DNA of 64,000 bases from the human T2T-CHM13v2.0 reference genome, Homo sapiens: the NCBI RefSeq assembly GCF_009914755.1, contig NC_060926.1. The stretch is one strand, 5' to 3'. A program made the position numbers and the translations under genes. Positions within the stretch are counted from its first letter, which is position 1. The number at the start of each line of letters is the position of its first letter. This document shows positions 29,919-43,500 of the stretch, in pieces. Below the pieces are notes generated by a model that ran no database searches, was not told the DNA's origin, and saw only the letters and a program-made list of their open reading frames with translations.

Positions 29919-30110
29919 CAGTGGAGTACCAGAGCTGGCTTGTATCAACTCTCCAATTATTAAATTTTGGGGAGTTTTGGAAACCAGACACTATCTTGCT
30001 AACAGCTTGAAATCAGCCATAGTGAGAATATTTACACCAGGAAAATTGGCAAATGCAACAAATCCTTCCTTCCTTCCTTTCTTTTTTTTTCCTTCTTTCA
30101 ATAACACTGT
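29919..30110 (+). mobile_element. MER63-like hAT-Blackjack fragment, possibly inside an old MLT1J/K-type LTR (~29795-30700)
   Basis: cagtggagtaccagagctggct...gcttgaaatcagccatagtgagaatatttacaccaggaaaattggcaaatgc resembles MER63; the flanking LTR call is tentative. Confidence 0.6.
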
Positions 30111-30164
30111 CAAATATGTATCACCTTATCATTGATGTAGGGGCTTAAAGTATGGTCCTAGCAA

Positions 30165-30410
30165 AGTGGCTAAGATCACAGATATTGGAGCTAGGTCATT
30201 TGGGTTCAAATTCCTGCTCCTTTATTTATTAACTGTTTGACATTAGACAAGTCTCTTAACATCTTTGTCTCTCAGTTTCCCTAAGTATAAAGTCAATAGT
30301 ATGACAGTATCCACCCCATGGATTTGTTTAGAAGAATAAATGATTTAGTATTTGTGAAGTGCTTAACACATTGCCTGGTCCATTGTAAGCTCCACACAAA
30401 TATTTGTTCA
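30165..30410 (+). mobile_element. MIR
   Basis: tgggttcaaattcctgctcc...gacaagtctcttaacatctttgtctctcagtttcc...gtgaagtgcttaacacattgcctgg. Confidence 0.75.
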
Positions 30411-31098
30411 AACAGTAAACAAAGTATCACCTTTATCAGATTTCTTCTTCTTAACCTCTCAGAATCACTTCCACTGCGTTGGCCCCATTCTCATCCAAGT
30501 TTCCCCCAGGTTGTAGCAAAAGGAGTGCAGAGAAAGTAAGAATCATTTTCCCAGAAGTCCCAAGAAAAAGGCTTATAGCATCTTGTTGGCTCCGAATGGA
30601 ATATACATGCTCCTTACATATCTAATTGCTGTAGCAAGAGGATGCTGATTGGCTTAGACCTCTGTACCTTGTTTCCCTAAATGGAAGTTCTCAGCATATG
30701 GTTTTCAATGAAGAATATATGCTGGGTAAAAACAAAATCAAACAAAAATATATATCTACTCTACGGTCCTTGCAAATGTAGTTTATTATTATAATATATG
30801 TAGTCCCTGCTCTGCGAATGTGTATGAAAGTAATAAAAATCATGCCCTAGAATTCTGAATATTTGCATGAATCTGGAGCTGTAGTGACTTCTCTAAACTT
30901 CAGTTTCATTATCTACTTTTAGATAATGTTAATAATATCCGATAATTCCATGAGGATTGAATAAAGCTAAGCCATAATGCAAGGCAATATAAATACAATA
31001 TAAAAGAAACACAGGTAAGAATAAACTAGTAAACACCATTTGTTGAATGAAGACCGTATGCAGAAGTCTGTAGGAAAGTAAAAGAAAAAGTCATTTGT

Positions 31099-31386
31099 GG
31101 CCAGGTGCGGTGGCTCATGCCTGTAATCCCAGCAGTTTGGGAGGCCGAGGTGGGCAGATCACCTGAATTCGAGACCAGCTTGACCAACATGGAGAAACCC
31201 CATCTCTACTAAAAATATAAAATTAGCCAGGCGTGGTGGCGTATGCCTGTAATCCCAGCTACTGGGAGGCTGAGGCAGAATAGCTTGAGCCCGGGAGGTG
31301 AAGATTGCGGTGAGCCGAGATGGTGCCATTGCACTCCAGCCTGGGCAACAAGAGCGAAACTCCATCTCAAAAAAAAAAAAAAAAAG
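31099..31386 (+). mobile_element. AluSp-like
   Basis: gaccaacatggagaaaccc and ccattgcactccagcctgggcaacaagagcgaaactcc; 15-bp TSD GAAAAAGTCATTTGT at 31084-31098 and 31387-31401. Confidence 0.92.
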
Positions 31387-32757
31387 GAAAAAGTCATTTG
31401 TGTCTTATTTTAAATGGCCTTAATTTGTAATCCTTATTGGAAAATTGAGATAAATGTCAAATTTGGCTATAGCAGGGAAAATGTAGAAAAACTATGTCTT
31501 AGATAGTCCAACTTTTAATGCTATCTAAGTGCATTCTAAAAATCACTTCTTTTATCAGCAGGGATTTTGGACAAGATGTTTGCTGGTAAACACAGGTAGT
31601 TTATTCTGTCTTTACCTAAGATGTTGTCAATTCTGATAGTGTTTTCAATCTCTTTGCTGTTGAAAGTCCTTGAGATTTATTTCCCTGCTATTTGCCCCTG
31701 GCCAAAAAATATTTATTTTTTTGACATATAGTAATTAATATTAATTTGGAAATCAAGTTTAATTAGAGTTAAAAGAAAGAACATTTGTTCTGGATTTCTG
31801 ACAATATTTAATGCCACAATTAGTAATAACTTAATAAGGTATAATAATAAAGTCCAATCTGTCTGTTTGCTTCCTAATGTACTGAAGTCAGATGTTTCAG
31901 GGTAATTAGCTGACTATTTGGTAACAGTTTGTCTGGGAGATCAGCAATTGGCCTAAACAAATTTTGATAATTAATCTATCTCTGAGATTAAAGATCCCTT
32001 CTTTTGCTAATGGATTAGACTGTTTTACATCTAATGGAAGGGCAGTTCTGAAATAGAAAAAAGGGGTGCACAATATAAGAACATTTATTTATGCCAGACA
32101 TTTTAAACTTAGGATGATGTCCCATGTATGTATTCTAGACTTGCCATGCTTTTATAGTTCTGCCTGTTAAACAGTTAGCCATATTCCTGCTAGCCGGCAG
32201 AGTATGCCTATGAAAATTAGGAAAAGGAGCCACTCTGGGTCTCTGAAGGAGAGAGTTAGGTGGTGGGAAGGGTTGAGCTTCTTCAAAGAATAGGTTGGGG
32301 AACCTTTATTAGGTTGCCTTTGCAGTTAATACTAGCCATTTTTAACATTACCCATTTCGATTTTGTTTTTCAAAACAACCATTAATGCTTCCAGTAGATA
32401 TAAATTAAACCCAACCCTCTTTAAGGGATTATAAGTCACTCAGCATATCTCCTGTTTTTGTTTTAGGATTGAATTCTCAGTGTTTTATGCTAGTGAAAAT
32501 CAGTAGGCCCTCAATGCTAGAATGAAAAGGACAACTTGAGAGGGGTGTCTTTTTATCCACTCACTGTAACAGTCTCCATTTGGGAAAAACATTCTAAATA
32601 ATCCATCTACTCAACTTTAAAAGGGTATCTCTAGATATGCTGGAACAGATATTAGAATAAATTTGCTATTGATGTAAAATTGCCATTGCCTCTCTCCTGA
32701 GTTACTTTTCACTTGCCCACTCTATGGTTTCTGTGTGGTTATTTTTAGGACTTTCTT

Positions 32758-32948
32758 CCTCTTTTTTTTTCTTTTTCCTTATTTATCAGCTGTGTTAAGA
32801 TATAATTTGCATACCATAACTTTCACCCATTTTATGAATACAGTTCAATGATTGTTTAGAATATTTACAGAGTTGTGCAGGGTCACCACAATCTAATTTT
32901 AAAATATTCTCATCCTTGCAGAAAGAAACATTGTACCTATTAGCAGTC
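32758..32948 (-). mobile_element. Short 3' end of an old L1M (L1MB-like), antisense
   Basis: T-rich tail followed by gatataatttgcataccata...tatttacagagttgtgca; 12-bp TSD TAGGACTTTCTT at 32746-32757 and 32949-32960. Confidence 0.8.
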
Positions 32949-33825
32949 TAGGACTTTCTTTGTGGCCACATTCTCACACTTAGGATTTGACTTTCATCTT
33001 CTTAAGTGAATTTCTTTTTCCTTTTCTTTCCTCTATATTTATGCAGTACTGAGGAGCTCTTTGTGTATTATTTTGTGAAGCCCCAGAAGCTTCTTCTTTC
33101 CTCAAGTTGCTTTTTTTTTCCTAAGTAGCATAAGTAGGAAAGAGCAGATGGAGCTCCAAAAATTTTGGAAGTAATAAGTGCAATCCAGTGCTGAGGTATT
33201 TGCTTTCATATGAAATTGCTGCACTGAATCTATATCAAGAAGAAAAAGCATTCCTGACCTTTGCCCTGCCACTAACTCTGATGCGCTGAGTGACAGTATA
33301 TATCTTTCCTCATATATCTGCTATTGCAAAAATTAAAATGTAAATGCTAGGATTCTGTAAGATTATGCGGATTTGGAACAATCTCTAGACAATGTTAGGT
33401 CAATAAAAAACATTTTTGACAGCTTGTGACAGATATAATCTGACTACTGTGTGTTTTAGACTCTTTAAAGGTGACCTATAATTATTTTCCAGCAAACTAA
33501 ATATATTTTTATCAGCTAAATGTCCACATTGCAAAACATTTCTCATCTAAGTCCTTTAAACCTGCCTATAGCTCCCTGCCACGTACATAATTCTTCAAGG
33601 TCGTAGATTGCTATTATCAGCCCCAACCTAACCTAGATCTCTATCAACATACAAGGTTGTGACCAAGAATGTATCTTGTATTGTCTTTTAATTATGAGCA
33701 CTATTTTAAAGTGATTCTTATAACTTAAAGTACCAGCACTCAAAATGAGGCAATCTGGAGTAGTAATTGGGGCTGCTGGCTCTAGAGTCAGAGAGACTGG
33801 GTTATAATCCCCTGAGTTACCCATC

Positions 33826-34500
33826 TATTTTAATCCACTTTGTGCTGCTATGACAGAATACCAGAGACTGGTTAATTTGTTATAAAAAAGAAATTTGTCG
33901 GCTTTCATTCCCGGAGGATGAACAGTCCAATGTCAAGGTGCTGGCATCTTGTTAAGGACCTTCTTGCTATGTCATAATGTGGCAGAAAGTGAGAGGGTCT
34001 GAAGGAGCAAGAACAAGAAGGGGGAACTCACTCTCACTCCTATCATAATGACACTAGTTCACTCATGAGGTGGTGCCCTCATGACTAACTACCTCTTAGA
34101 GTTCTCACCTCCCAATACTATCACAAAGGCAAATACATTTTTTGATATTTTGAGACAGGGTCTTGCTCTGTTGCCCAGGTGGTAGTGCAGTGGTGTGATC
34201 TCAGCTCACTGTAACCCCTACCTCCCAGGCTCAAGCAATACTTGCATCTCAGCCTCCTGAGTAGTTGGGACCACAGGCATATGCCACCAGGCCCAGCTAA
34301 TTTTTGTTTTTGTTTTTGTTTTTTTTTTAAGAGATGGGGTTTCACCATTTTTCTCAGACTGGTCTCAAACTCCTGAGCTCAAGTGATCTACCGACTTGGC
34401 CTCCCAAAGTGCTGGAATTACAGTCATGAGCCACTGTGCCCAGGCTGGCAATTGCATTTCAACATGAATTTTGAAGGGGATAAACCTTCAAACCATAGCA
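33826..34500 (-). mobile_element. MaLR solo LTR (MLT1A/MST-like) interrupted by an AluJ
   Basis: Starts ...gtgctgctatgacagaatacc... and ends ttcaaaccatagca; flanks CCATC/CCATT (4/5 TSD). Confidence 0.8.
34141..34446 (-). mobile_element. AluJ, antisense, nested in the LTR
   Basis: gagacagggtcttgctctg...cccaggctcaagcaat; diverged TSD GGCAAATACATTT (34128) and GGCAATTGCATTT (34447). Confidence 0.9.
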
Positions 34501-36854
34501 CCATTTAATTTCTTCTAAAATAATAACAGGTCATTTTAAGAATAAAATGTCCATATAAATCTTTTAGTATATTGCCTAGCATATATTAATTGATTAATAA
34601 ACCCCAGCTATTATCATTAAAAATATTGACCCTTAAGCCAAGAGGGGACATAATCAAGTGGCAATTATTCTCAAAATAGCGTATGATTCACAAATGTGTA
34701 TGTAAAAAGACAAAGAAGGATTATCATGTTCTGTGCCTCACACCTTGGCTTTCTTTTCCGTTCTTTAGCCCTGGGAGATAATAGTTTTTTAGGAGCTCCA
34801 TTATCCAAAGATTAGCTTGAAATGAGCATACCTGTACGTGTTTTGAGCATATGTCATTGTGGAGTAATCAGTAACTCTAGTGTGTGTTTTAAAAATTATA
34901 ATAGCAAGTCTTCTTTTGAAGAAAATTGTTTAACCCCAACTATAATAAATGACAAGATAAGGTGGACCAAGAAAGAAATATGCTTCAAACACTCTATATA
35001 GGTACGTTGGAGCCTCACAATAAATAAAAATTTGTTTTCTTAAGTGGGAACAAATAAATAGCATAGCATTGCTTTTGAAGACTGCTTTATTTATAGTATA
35101 GTGGCAAGATACTACTGAAAGGAAAACAATATAATTAATATACAAATTGAATTAGGTAGGAGAGGAAAAGCTATGCTGTTTGAAAAGAAGAGAAAAAGAG
35201 GAAGAGTTGAAGGGATGTTGATTTTTTTCAATGCTTACAAGTGTGAGTGTTGCATATGTGGTTTCTCAGCACATTTTAGTTGATGTATGGAAGGGAAAGA
35301 AAAGGTAGAGGAAAAATCTACCTTGTAACATTTTCTGGTTTGTGCAGTTGGAACAATGAAGGTCAGTATATTTCTATAACGGTCTTAATAGAATAAAGCC
35401 AGTGTCTGATCAACATGCTCAGAAATAAGGACCCTTATTTGCCAGAGAACTGTTGCTTTTTTTTCGACACAGGTGATGGAATCACATAGACCTTTCTGCA
35501 GATAGGCCAGCGAATACTCATGAACCTTCCACAGGCTGAGTGATCATAGCAGGGTCTCAGCTTGATCTCAAGAAAACAAAGAACAAAAACAGCACAAACA
35601 TTGTTCTCAAGAGGCATATAAATAAGGCTCATAGACAGATTAGATTCAGCAGTCTTACTCTGGTAAAAATTAAAATTCTCATAACAAATCTTTCACTGAA
35701 TTTTTCCTTCCAAATCTAGGCCCTTTAATCTGTTTATCCTCTACAGCTCTTTCTTGGTGCCTGTGGCTGAGTGGGCTTTGATGATGAAAAGAACACAATA
35801 AGATTAACTTTTTAATGCTGAAGCGGAATTGGAAGACCAAGAGTTTGCTAAATAGAGCAAAATAGCCTCAACCATTTATCATCAGTAATATTCATACAGC
35901 CAGATCTGCACGAGCTGGTTGATGCAGAATTCAGATGACTGAAATTATCTATTAATGGGACGTCTCAGTTCCTGACTATGCCATACAGCAAATCAGCTTT
36001 GCTCTATACTAGTAATTCGGTTTTCCTTTCAATTCTGCAAGAAGTGGAAATGCAAACGCAGATCCCACTGGGGGTTTGGAGATACATATTTCAGGAATTG
36101 ACTTTTTTTCACTACTCTTGCATTCAAAATTATCTTTGCCATGCTCATAATTGCCCATTTTATTACCACTTTTCAAAACTGTGTCCATGGCGCTGCTTCC
36201 TTGCCATTTTGCAGCTGGTTTTCTCCTACTACTCAATCTGTGTCTCTTCTCTTCCTACCCACATCCACCTTCCCTATAGCTCTGTAGATTGTGGCAGGAT
36301 CCCATGCTCTTTTTTGTAGAAATTGAATCAACAGAATTATATTCTATGAAGAAGATTCTTGCTCAAGTTATGAAGTAAATTAACTGCATTTAGAACTGCC
36401 TAGACCAACTGTGTGGAAAACAAAAGCAAAAACACAAAGCAACCACACGAGGACTTGCACTTCTCAAGATGAAAGATAGAAAAGCCTTTTCTTCAAGCCC
36501 CAACAAACCATTCATTTTTCCCTTGCCCTCATAAAAGCCTGCATGAGACTGATCTCTCTAAAATGCACCCCACACTCTTCACAAAGCCCTACTCCCACTC
36601 TACCCAGGCTTCTTTGGGTTATGCTACAGGGATGTAGTGGTAGCAAGTTTCGAAGAGTTCTCTGTCTGTAGGTTCCCACATCTCTCTGGGCCTGAAACAG
36701 GGCATCTTTTCCAAGCTTCCGAAACATCACCTCCTACCCTTATCATGACTCTACAAAGATTTGGAATCAAATCATCCTCCTTGTTCAGCTGGGGCATGGA
36801 ATCCCAGTGGGAACTCTGAGCATTTAAGCCCTCTTTATGCCGGGTTGTACACTG

Positions 36855-36957
36855 GAAATCCCCGGGCAGCCCAGGTAATTGATTTAATTGTTCTGGAGCA
36901 TGATCAAGGAGCAGGGGGATTTGATAGCTCTCTAGGTGATTCTAATGTACAGCAATG
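36855..36957 (+). mobile_element. MER5-like hAT-Charlie fragment
   Basis: gatttaattgttctggag...agctctctaggtgattctaatgtacagc is a typical MER5A/B motif. Confidence 0.6.
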
Positions 36958-37325
36958 ACTATGACAGTACAAACATAAGGCAGGATTTGCTATCCCAGGG
37001 TTGACCTCTCCCTTCTTGATTTCTGATCTGAGGCTTATTGCATGCACACGTCATTCTGTTCACACTCTGATAGCAGGGACCTTCTTCTTATGTTGACATT
37101 TCTCTTGAGATAACTACTGCAGTCAAAAAATAGAATAGGAGACTGTGAAGAATCCAGAGAAAGCAAAGGCTTAAAGAAATCATGGTAAAAATAATAAATA
37201 TTAGCCAAGCAAACAACCAATTTACTGATACTCTAATCCCAGGTAATTCCTTTGCTGGTGGTAGACTATATTGAAATAGTAGTTTCTGCATATATATGAC
37301 ATATTAGAATATTAAAAATAAACTA

Positions 37326-37614
37326 GCCTATAATCCCAGCACTTTGGGAGGCCAAAGTGGGAGGCCAAGGTGGGAGGATCGTTTGAGGCCAGGAGTTAGA
37401 GACCAGCCTGGGCAACATAGCAAAACCCCATCTCTACAAAAGAAAAAATGTTTTTTAATTAGCCAAGCATGGTGGCTGTGCTTGTAGTCCCAGCTACTCA
37501 GGAGGCTGAGGTGGAAGGATGACTTGAGCCCAGGTGTTCAAAGCCACAGTAAGCCATGATCACACCACTGCACTCCAGCCTGGGAGACAAAGTGAGACCC
37601 TGTCTCAAAAAAAA
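37326..37614 (+). mobile_element. AluJ, 5'-trimmed, with an internal GGGAGGCCAA(A/G)GT duplication
   Basis: cagcctgggcaacatagcaaaaccc; gagccatgatcacaccactg-type right arm; gagaccctgtctc. Confidence 0.9.
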
Positions 37615-40600
37615 TTTTCTAATAAAATAAATGATAGAATGATATAAATTAACTGAAGGAAAATATGTTAAAACATTAAAAGTAAACAAAACAATCAGAA
37701 CAAAAATAAAGGAATTTTTTTAATTTATTAGATTGATACACCAATAATTAATTAAGACTGAAACTTTACTTCATTACAATTTTTTTTGCAATCTTTCATT
37801 AAAAATTTATTTTCATAGGGTGATGCAACCTATACATCTAACGTGTCTTGGGTTTGTATCTTTGATATTTCTGTACCAATAATACTGTTTCATGAAAGAC
37901 AGAGCTTTACTTAATTATAAAGTAAAAAACCTTATCAAATAATGTAGTAAAACTGCCTATAGTCTTTTAGATCTTAACATAACTAAACCACTGTGTGGAC
38001 TTTTCCTGGGATTGAAGATGTGCCCATAAAATATAATCAGACTGTCTTCTGTGTTCTACTAACATGAATCACATTACATTATAGCCACACACTATAACTC
38101 TCAACCTCTGCTAGTCCCAAATGAAGCTGCTGGTAGTTGCTAACTGTCTGCTGAGACATGATCATAAAGTTTCAGTCACAGTCCCTTTGCAACTTGTAAG
38201 AAGCCATTTCACCTTCTTTCTGCAGAACCTATTGGTATATGAGTTATACTGCTAATGCGTAGAGGGATTGACTCCTCCTTCCCCTATGGGAACATGGTAG
38301 GCCATTCCAGTACAACATCATAAAAGGAAACTCATTCCCAATCCACAATGTGAAGACACAGGCAGACATTCTACCTGTGTCTTTTGCAGAACACCTTCTT
38401 GGGGAAATGGTGCAGTCTGTACAGTGTGTCCATTCAGCTGGGTTCTTTTACTTTGCTGAAAAAAACCTAAGTACACTAATCTTCCTGGTGACTTGGCAGG
38501 TGGTTAGAAACATTAACGTGTAGAGGGTGCCCTGGCCGTTTTTCTCAGGAAGTCAGAGCCTCAGTGGATAGCGCAAATATCCATTAGTAAGACTGAGTTG
38601 CAAGCACAGATCCAATTGCTTTGAAAAAATCATCATTGGTTTCTTTTCTTTCTACGATTCATTTTACTTATTTTCCAAAATAGGATTTGTAGGAACAGCA
38701 TTTACCCCAATTATTCAAGTACCAATACCACAACTTTTCTTCTTAATAGCATCATGGGCCTTCTGTCTCTATAAACCTATTTGTTCCTATAGAACCTATT
38801 TTCAATTTCATTTAGAAAAGAAATGTATGCTTACAGATACATCCTTCACTCCTTTAAAGTAAAATAAATTGGGGTTGCTTTGGGGAAAAAGAAGTGCTGC
38901 TGTTCTCATCACAAGGCCCTGAGTTGTTGAGGAAGTAGCACCTAGACCCTTTCCCCCAAAGACAAAAGGTCACAGCAAGAGTTTCCTCCATACTTAATTA
39001 GGTGATCTCAAAAAGTATTTGATGTTAATAAAGATGTAAAATACAGATCTTTTGACATAATGGAATTTTATATTTTCTTTGATCACAGGGAGTGTACATC
39101 TAGGGAAAGTTGAAATAGAGGAGACATTTTGCTATTGCCCTTTCTATCTGAAGGCTCATATTAGCTTAACAATATAAAAACAGATCTTTTTGTATAATTA
39201 TATAAAATAGAATTCTCAAGTGTTTAGACAATATATTCTAATATGCTAATTAAATTTACTCTATTTTCAAATTGCTATAATGAAATGGCAAGCCCCAAAA
39301 TTTTAACTTCTTAGATTTTGCTAGTTTGTCAGTATCAAGGAAAGATATAACAACAAAAGAAATCATTAATGTTATAGACTCATTATGCTTGTAGAACTTA
39401 GTGAAATCTGCAAAATGCTTTTTCCACGTAGTTACTTTTATGAAAATGGGTGCTTTTTGTTAGACTTGACAGAAGGTATAATTAGCTCTTTCTGCTTCTT
39501 CTGGGTCTGTATTTCTCAAAATAAACCCATCTTCATGGGTCTTTGAAAATGATTGGATTGAGTCAAGCTTCTCTATTCTTTTTGATGTTCATTTAGTTAT
39601 TAATTTGCATAATTACAAACAAATTATCATGCTAAAAAAACTGGAAGAACACAAGGCTTGAAAAAAGTAAGAGACATTAAGAAGTTCTGTTCCTAGAGCC
39701 ATGCTGTTGTAGACGTATGTTAGGGTAACTTCATTTTTGCCTAGCTTCTTCACAGATCTTAACAACACAGAATAAGGAATAAGGTTACATCTTCTGCTAG
39801 GAGCTTTTTCTTGGACTTGTTCTTTTTCCTTTGCTCCTGGGTATCTACTTAGGCATGGAAAGGAGGAAACTGTTCACCTCTTCAGGAATGAGTGGAGGCC
39901 ACTTCGTTTCTCACTCTTTGAGAAGGACAGTACACCTTATGTACCTACCACTAGATGGATACCAGATGGGGAGCCAAGAGCTCAGTCAAACTTGCTTACC
40001 CTTGGGTGAATATCAGTGCCCTCTAGGGATATTGGTACAACATTCTGTAGCATTTGAAATTTATTCTTTTTCCTCAGAGTACAAATTACAATAATCTAAT
40101 AGCAATTCAACGTATAGCAGTGTTTAAAAACATTGGGAGAGATTGTTGGAACTTCAATGAAGTCAGTACTTTAGGTTGGGGTTCATTTTGTGAATCTTTT
40201 ACCATAAACACTTTGTATCATCATTCTAACACTGTAAACAAATAACCCCCACCGTCATAGTTTCTTTTTTGTTGTTGTTTTTGAGATCAAGAAAGAAGTT
40301 TTCATTTCTTCCCTGAATTCCTTTTCCTTCCCTTCCTCAAAATGTGGGCCTTTCATTTCTACATAAGGGATTATGATAATAAGAAATAGTATCATCAAGT
40401 CTATATGCTAAGTACCTCACAAATGCATGTTGAATGCATCACTTATTGACTTTAGGTGTTAAAAATATTAATTCAAAATATCTTGTTGATGGGATTCTAG
40501 CTAGTATACTATATTCATGATATATCTTTGATATTTTAAAAACTTGCATAGCATTCTTCCCTAAACCACTTTTACTGGTTAAATTCATTTGAAATCAACA

Positions 40601-42789
40601 TGTAGAATGCTATCACGGAAGAGCCGTGAAGAAATTTGACATTATTCAACTGTAAAGGGCCTTGTACTTTACTTTTCCTGAGACTTAACAACACTTGATC
40701 AAAGGTAGCCCTTCCTGTCTCCTTCAGTGCTCCCTCAGCCTCTGTCCCAGCAGTTTACCAGCGAAGATACTGAGACTGAAATTAGTTAAGACTTATTTAC
40801 ATGATTTCTTACTTGAACCAGTAATGAATTTTGGCCATAACGCAACAGTCCTACCACGCCAATCTCTTACAACCAACTCCCCTAGTTGCTCGTAGATACA
40901 TTCATTAGTGCAATTACAAATTATTACCTTTTCAGTTTTCCTCATTTTCCTTATTTTAAAGAAAACACAAGTTATCATTTTTTGTCATAATTAATAACTG
41001 CCCTGTGATGCCATGTTTGTGCAGATAACCTTGCAATGCTTAGATCCAAGCCAGATCTGTTTTATTAATTTTCTTCCTTCTTATTTGGATTTTATATAAG
41101 GATTTAAAATGTCATCTCTCCCAGTGAAAAGGACTGATGGCCATAAAAACTCAGAGGGACACTGAAAGAGGGAGGGAGGTCTGTATAATTCAGTATAACA
41201 GCAACTCTTTATGATACCCTTAACAGGAAAACTGCACTGTCTCAAAGTCTTCCTACATGTCCTTGTAATGTCTCATGGAACATACGTTACCAAAAAATAA
41301 GCCCAAATCAGTTTTTTTTAGTAAGATTTGGATAGTGCTTTCTACTATGTTACGTATTGTCAAAAATTAGTGGCACCCCTTTTCTTGTGCTTTTAACTGG
41401 TTTCCATTTGGTTAAGAAGATCTCAGTGTTCATAAATAATATTTCTTAGGAAGGCTAATGGACAGTTTTCTTTTTTTTTTTACATCAAAACCATTTTCTA
41501 TTCTACCACCCAATGAGGTCGAACCAGCCACCACTAACAGAAACTGCAAATACCATACACTCACTCTCCTGGCTTTCCTAATGTCTAGGATCCAGGTGTG
41601 CAGAAAAGACTATACTGATCATCTCCATCTCGGGCTTTGCATAAGAGGTTAGTGACATGAGAAGCAGGGACCATAGACAATCAATTTTGGTAATGGCTGG
41701 TGGCAGGAGATTACTCCAATTTCAAGAAATTTATAAGTATTTCAGAAGCAACATCCAGTACACACTATTGATAGCATTGTCAGTGAATGTGTCTGGGGCC
41801 GGTGGCAGCAACCAGAGTAAGTTTACCAGATGTCTCTGCAACTATATTCTGTACTGTTACTGGATACAAATCCTCCTAGTCTTATTCTCCAGTTTCCTGG
41901 AGATTTCTTGAGATACACTCTCCACCCCTGCCACCCATTGCCTCTTCAATAAATTCCCTTTTCTGTTTAAATCAGTCAGACTCCAATGCTTGAAACTGGG
42001 AGCTGTGACTGATATAAAGATAAATTATCTACAAATCTTAATGTTTTTTACTGTCAAAATGGGAATCATACAACAGTATCTTTTAGGCAAAGAAGAATCG
42101 TGGAAAGAATTGTGTAATAGATTAAATCATTATAAACTGACTGTTCACTAGGTATGAGTTCATGAAAGACGAAGTGTAAATAAATTGGATAGGTGATCAC
42201 AAACCCGCTCTCTGGCTATATCTCTACAGAATATTTCCACATGTCAAGAGCCAGAATGGTTTGGAAGTGTCACAATACATACAGGCTCCTTTTTCCTTCT
42301 CTCTTTGAGTAACCCCCTAAATCTACACCTTCTCTGGTGGAGAAAAAAAATGTACATATTGGGAGATTTGCTTCTTCTTTAGTTTCTGGACTTAATTCTA
42401 CAATGAAATTCTCTGGTAAAATTCATTGATGTAGCTGAACTCTAGTTTTACTCAGTCTTTTGGAGGGCCTTGCTTACTACCAAATCCTGAATTACTAGGA
42501 AAATGTCTGACACAAGTGTGCAATAAATATTTGTTAAGTAAAGATACCAAACACTTTGGTATTTGTAGCACTGGTGAGCCAGGTTTTTAAAAATATACTA
42601 ACTTATTTCTTCTTCACAACAACCTTCTGAGATAGGCAGTATTATTATTTGGTTTTTTGAACAAGAAATGGATGCATGAGAGGTCTAAGTAACTTTTCCA
42701 AGAAAAGTGAGCAAATGTGATACTAACCCAGGAAGGCTGACTCTAGAGGCTGGGCCTTAGATTTATTTACTTTTCTAAGGAGCTGATAA

Positions 42790-43500
42790 TCATTAGGCAC
42801 CCACCATATGTCAGGCACGAAAGATTCAATTATGTGTATGACATTATTTTGCACTCAAGGAGCTCACTCTATTAGAGAGACAGATCGAGAACAAATATTA
42901 CAAGTGCAATGTGTCCAATTCTATGATAGAAAATATAAATGAGGCTCATTGGAACCCCAGGAAGTTGTGATAAAATTTAGTTCAGGTGAAAGATGATTAA
43001 GAAAGACATCTGATGAGGGAGAATGTTTCAGCTGAAACTTGAAATAATTTTTCATGCCTATAGAATGCATTCTATGCAAAGGGACAATTTGTGTAAAAGG
43101 TAAAACAGCATGATATATTTGTGAGTGTAGTGAGGAATAATTGAGGCATAAAGCTGGAGATTTTGGCAAAGGCCAGATAATAAATAAAATTTTATGTCAT
43201 GTTAAAGAATTTTTACTTTCTTCTAAGGCAATCAAGAGCCATTGAAGCAATTTAAACAGGAGAGTAAGATGAATAGGTATGTCTTTAACACAGATTATTC
43301 TGGCTGTATAAGATTGATACAAAGCAGGTTAAGGTGAGATGGAAGAAGATAAATTAGGAGACTACTGAAATAGTCCAGATTAAATATATGAGGACTTAAA
43401 TGGGCCTGAAGTTCTAGGGTAAAGAGGGCACAGACTCAAGGGTCATTTAAATAACAATAGATAGCATTGGTAGGACATAGAAATCAGTTGGATATTGGTG
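42790..43500 (-). mobile_element. L2 fragment, antisense
   Basis: ggcacccaccatatgtcaggcac, caaggagctcactcta, gagccattgaagcaatttaaacagg and ttaggagactactgaaatagtccag are recognisable L2 3'-region motifs; boundaries approximate. Confidence 0.7.

Noticed and set aside
41500-42015. Possible old ERVL LTR (LTR33/LTR16-like); similarly decayed L1ME/L2-like stretches at ~5170-5500 and ~15400-16500
   Set aside because: Too diverged to name or delimit reliably by eye; needs Dfam/RepeatMasker.
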